Shown here in pieces: positions 63,635 to 64,000 of a DNA stretch of 64,000 nt (its first letter is position 1; every line of letters starts with the position of its first letter). Under the pieces are notes generated by a model that saw nothing but the letters and a program-made list of their open reading frames with translations, did not search any database and was not told the DNA's origin. Where the stretch lies: contig JANJGN010000026.1 in the NCBI GenBank assembly GCA_026770705.1, positions 620,001 to 684,000 of the forward strand, read 5' to 3'. The translations under genes were made by a program, and so were the position numbers. This DNA is from Isurus oxyrinchus. Its lineage: Eukaryota.

Positions 63635-64000
63635 CTAGGAGCAGGAGCAGGCTACTTGGCTCCTCAAGCCATTCAATAAAATCATGGCTGATCTGCCCCA
63701 GGCCTCAACTCCTCTTTCGTGCCGGCTCCTCATAACCCTCAACTTCCCGATATTGCAAAAATCGATCCATCTCCTCATTAAGCACTTTCACTGACCTAGC
63801 CTCCACAATACTCTGGGAAAGAGAATTCCAGACATTCACTACCCTCTGAGAGAACAAATGCCTTTGCATCTCAGTTTTAAATGATTCTCCCTTTATTCTC
63901 TAAACATGTTCCCTAGATTGAGATTCCTCCAGTGGTGGAAATACCTTCTCAACACCTACCCTACGAAGCCCCCTCAGGATTTTGTGCGTTTCAATAAGAT
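63635..64000 (-). mobile_element. CR1 LINE 3' end (runs off the window)
   Basis: taggagcaggagcaggctacttggc... and ttcactaccctctgagagaa are reverse complements of the CR1 tail and the TQRVV motif. Confidence 0.75.

Noticed and set aside
52532-64000. IgNAR constant exons or a switch region
   Set aside because: No C1-set Ig pattern was recognised in the ORF track or sequence, and there is no AGCT-rich tandem array.

Overview
Eukaryotic, AT-rich, repeat-dense DNA from a cartilaginous fish (shark), inferred from the gene content. The centrepiece is an intact germline IgNAR (heavy-chain-only antibody) cluster front end on the + strand at 50.56-52.53 kb: octamer/TATA promoter, split leader, VNAR exon, three D segments and one J. 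Recombination signal sequences (RSS) follow the order V-22, 12-D1-23, 12-D2-22, 12-D3-12, 23-J. No constant exon was recognised before the window ends, so the J-C intron is more than 11 kb. The window also holds a two-exon GPR139/142-like GPCR with a single frameshift (9.3-12.3 kb). There are two near full-length Penelope-like retroelements (RT plus GIY-YIG) and several short fold-back derivatives, all carrying minimal hammerhead-ribozyme-like motifs. Many decayed CR1/L2-type LINEs, tRNA-SINEs and a probable solo LTR are present. The most unusual feature is a 68-bp tandem array at 22.8-24.4 kb. Nearly every unit reads as a cryptic 23-RSS (perfect CACAGTG, 23 bp, TCACAAA(G/A)A) oriented like the V-RSS, about 27 kb upstream of the IgNAR D segments. 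Boundaries of decayed repeats are approximate, and nothing was checked against databases.
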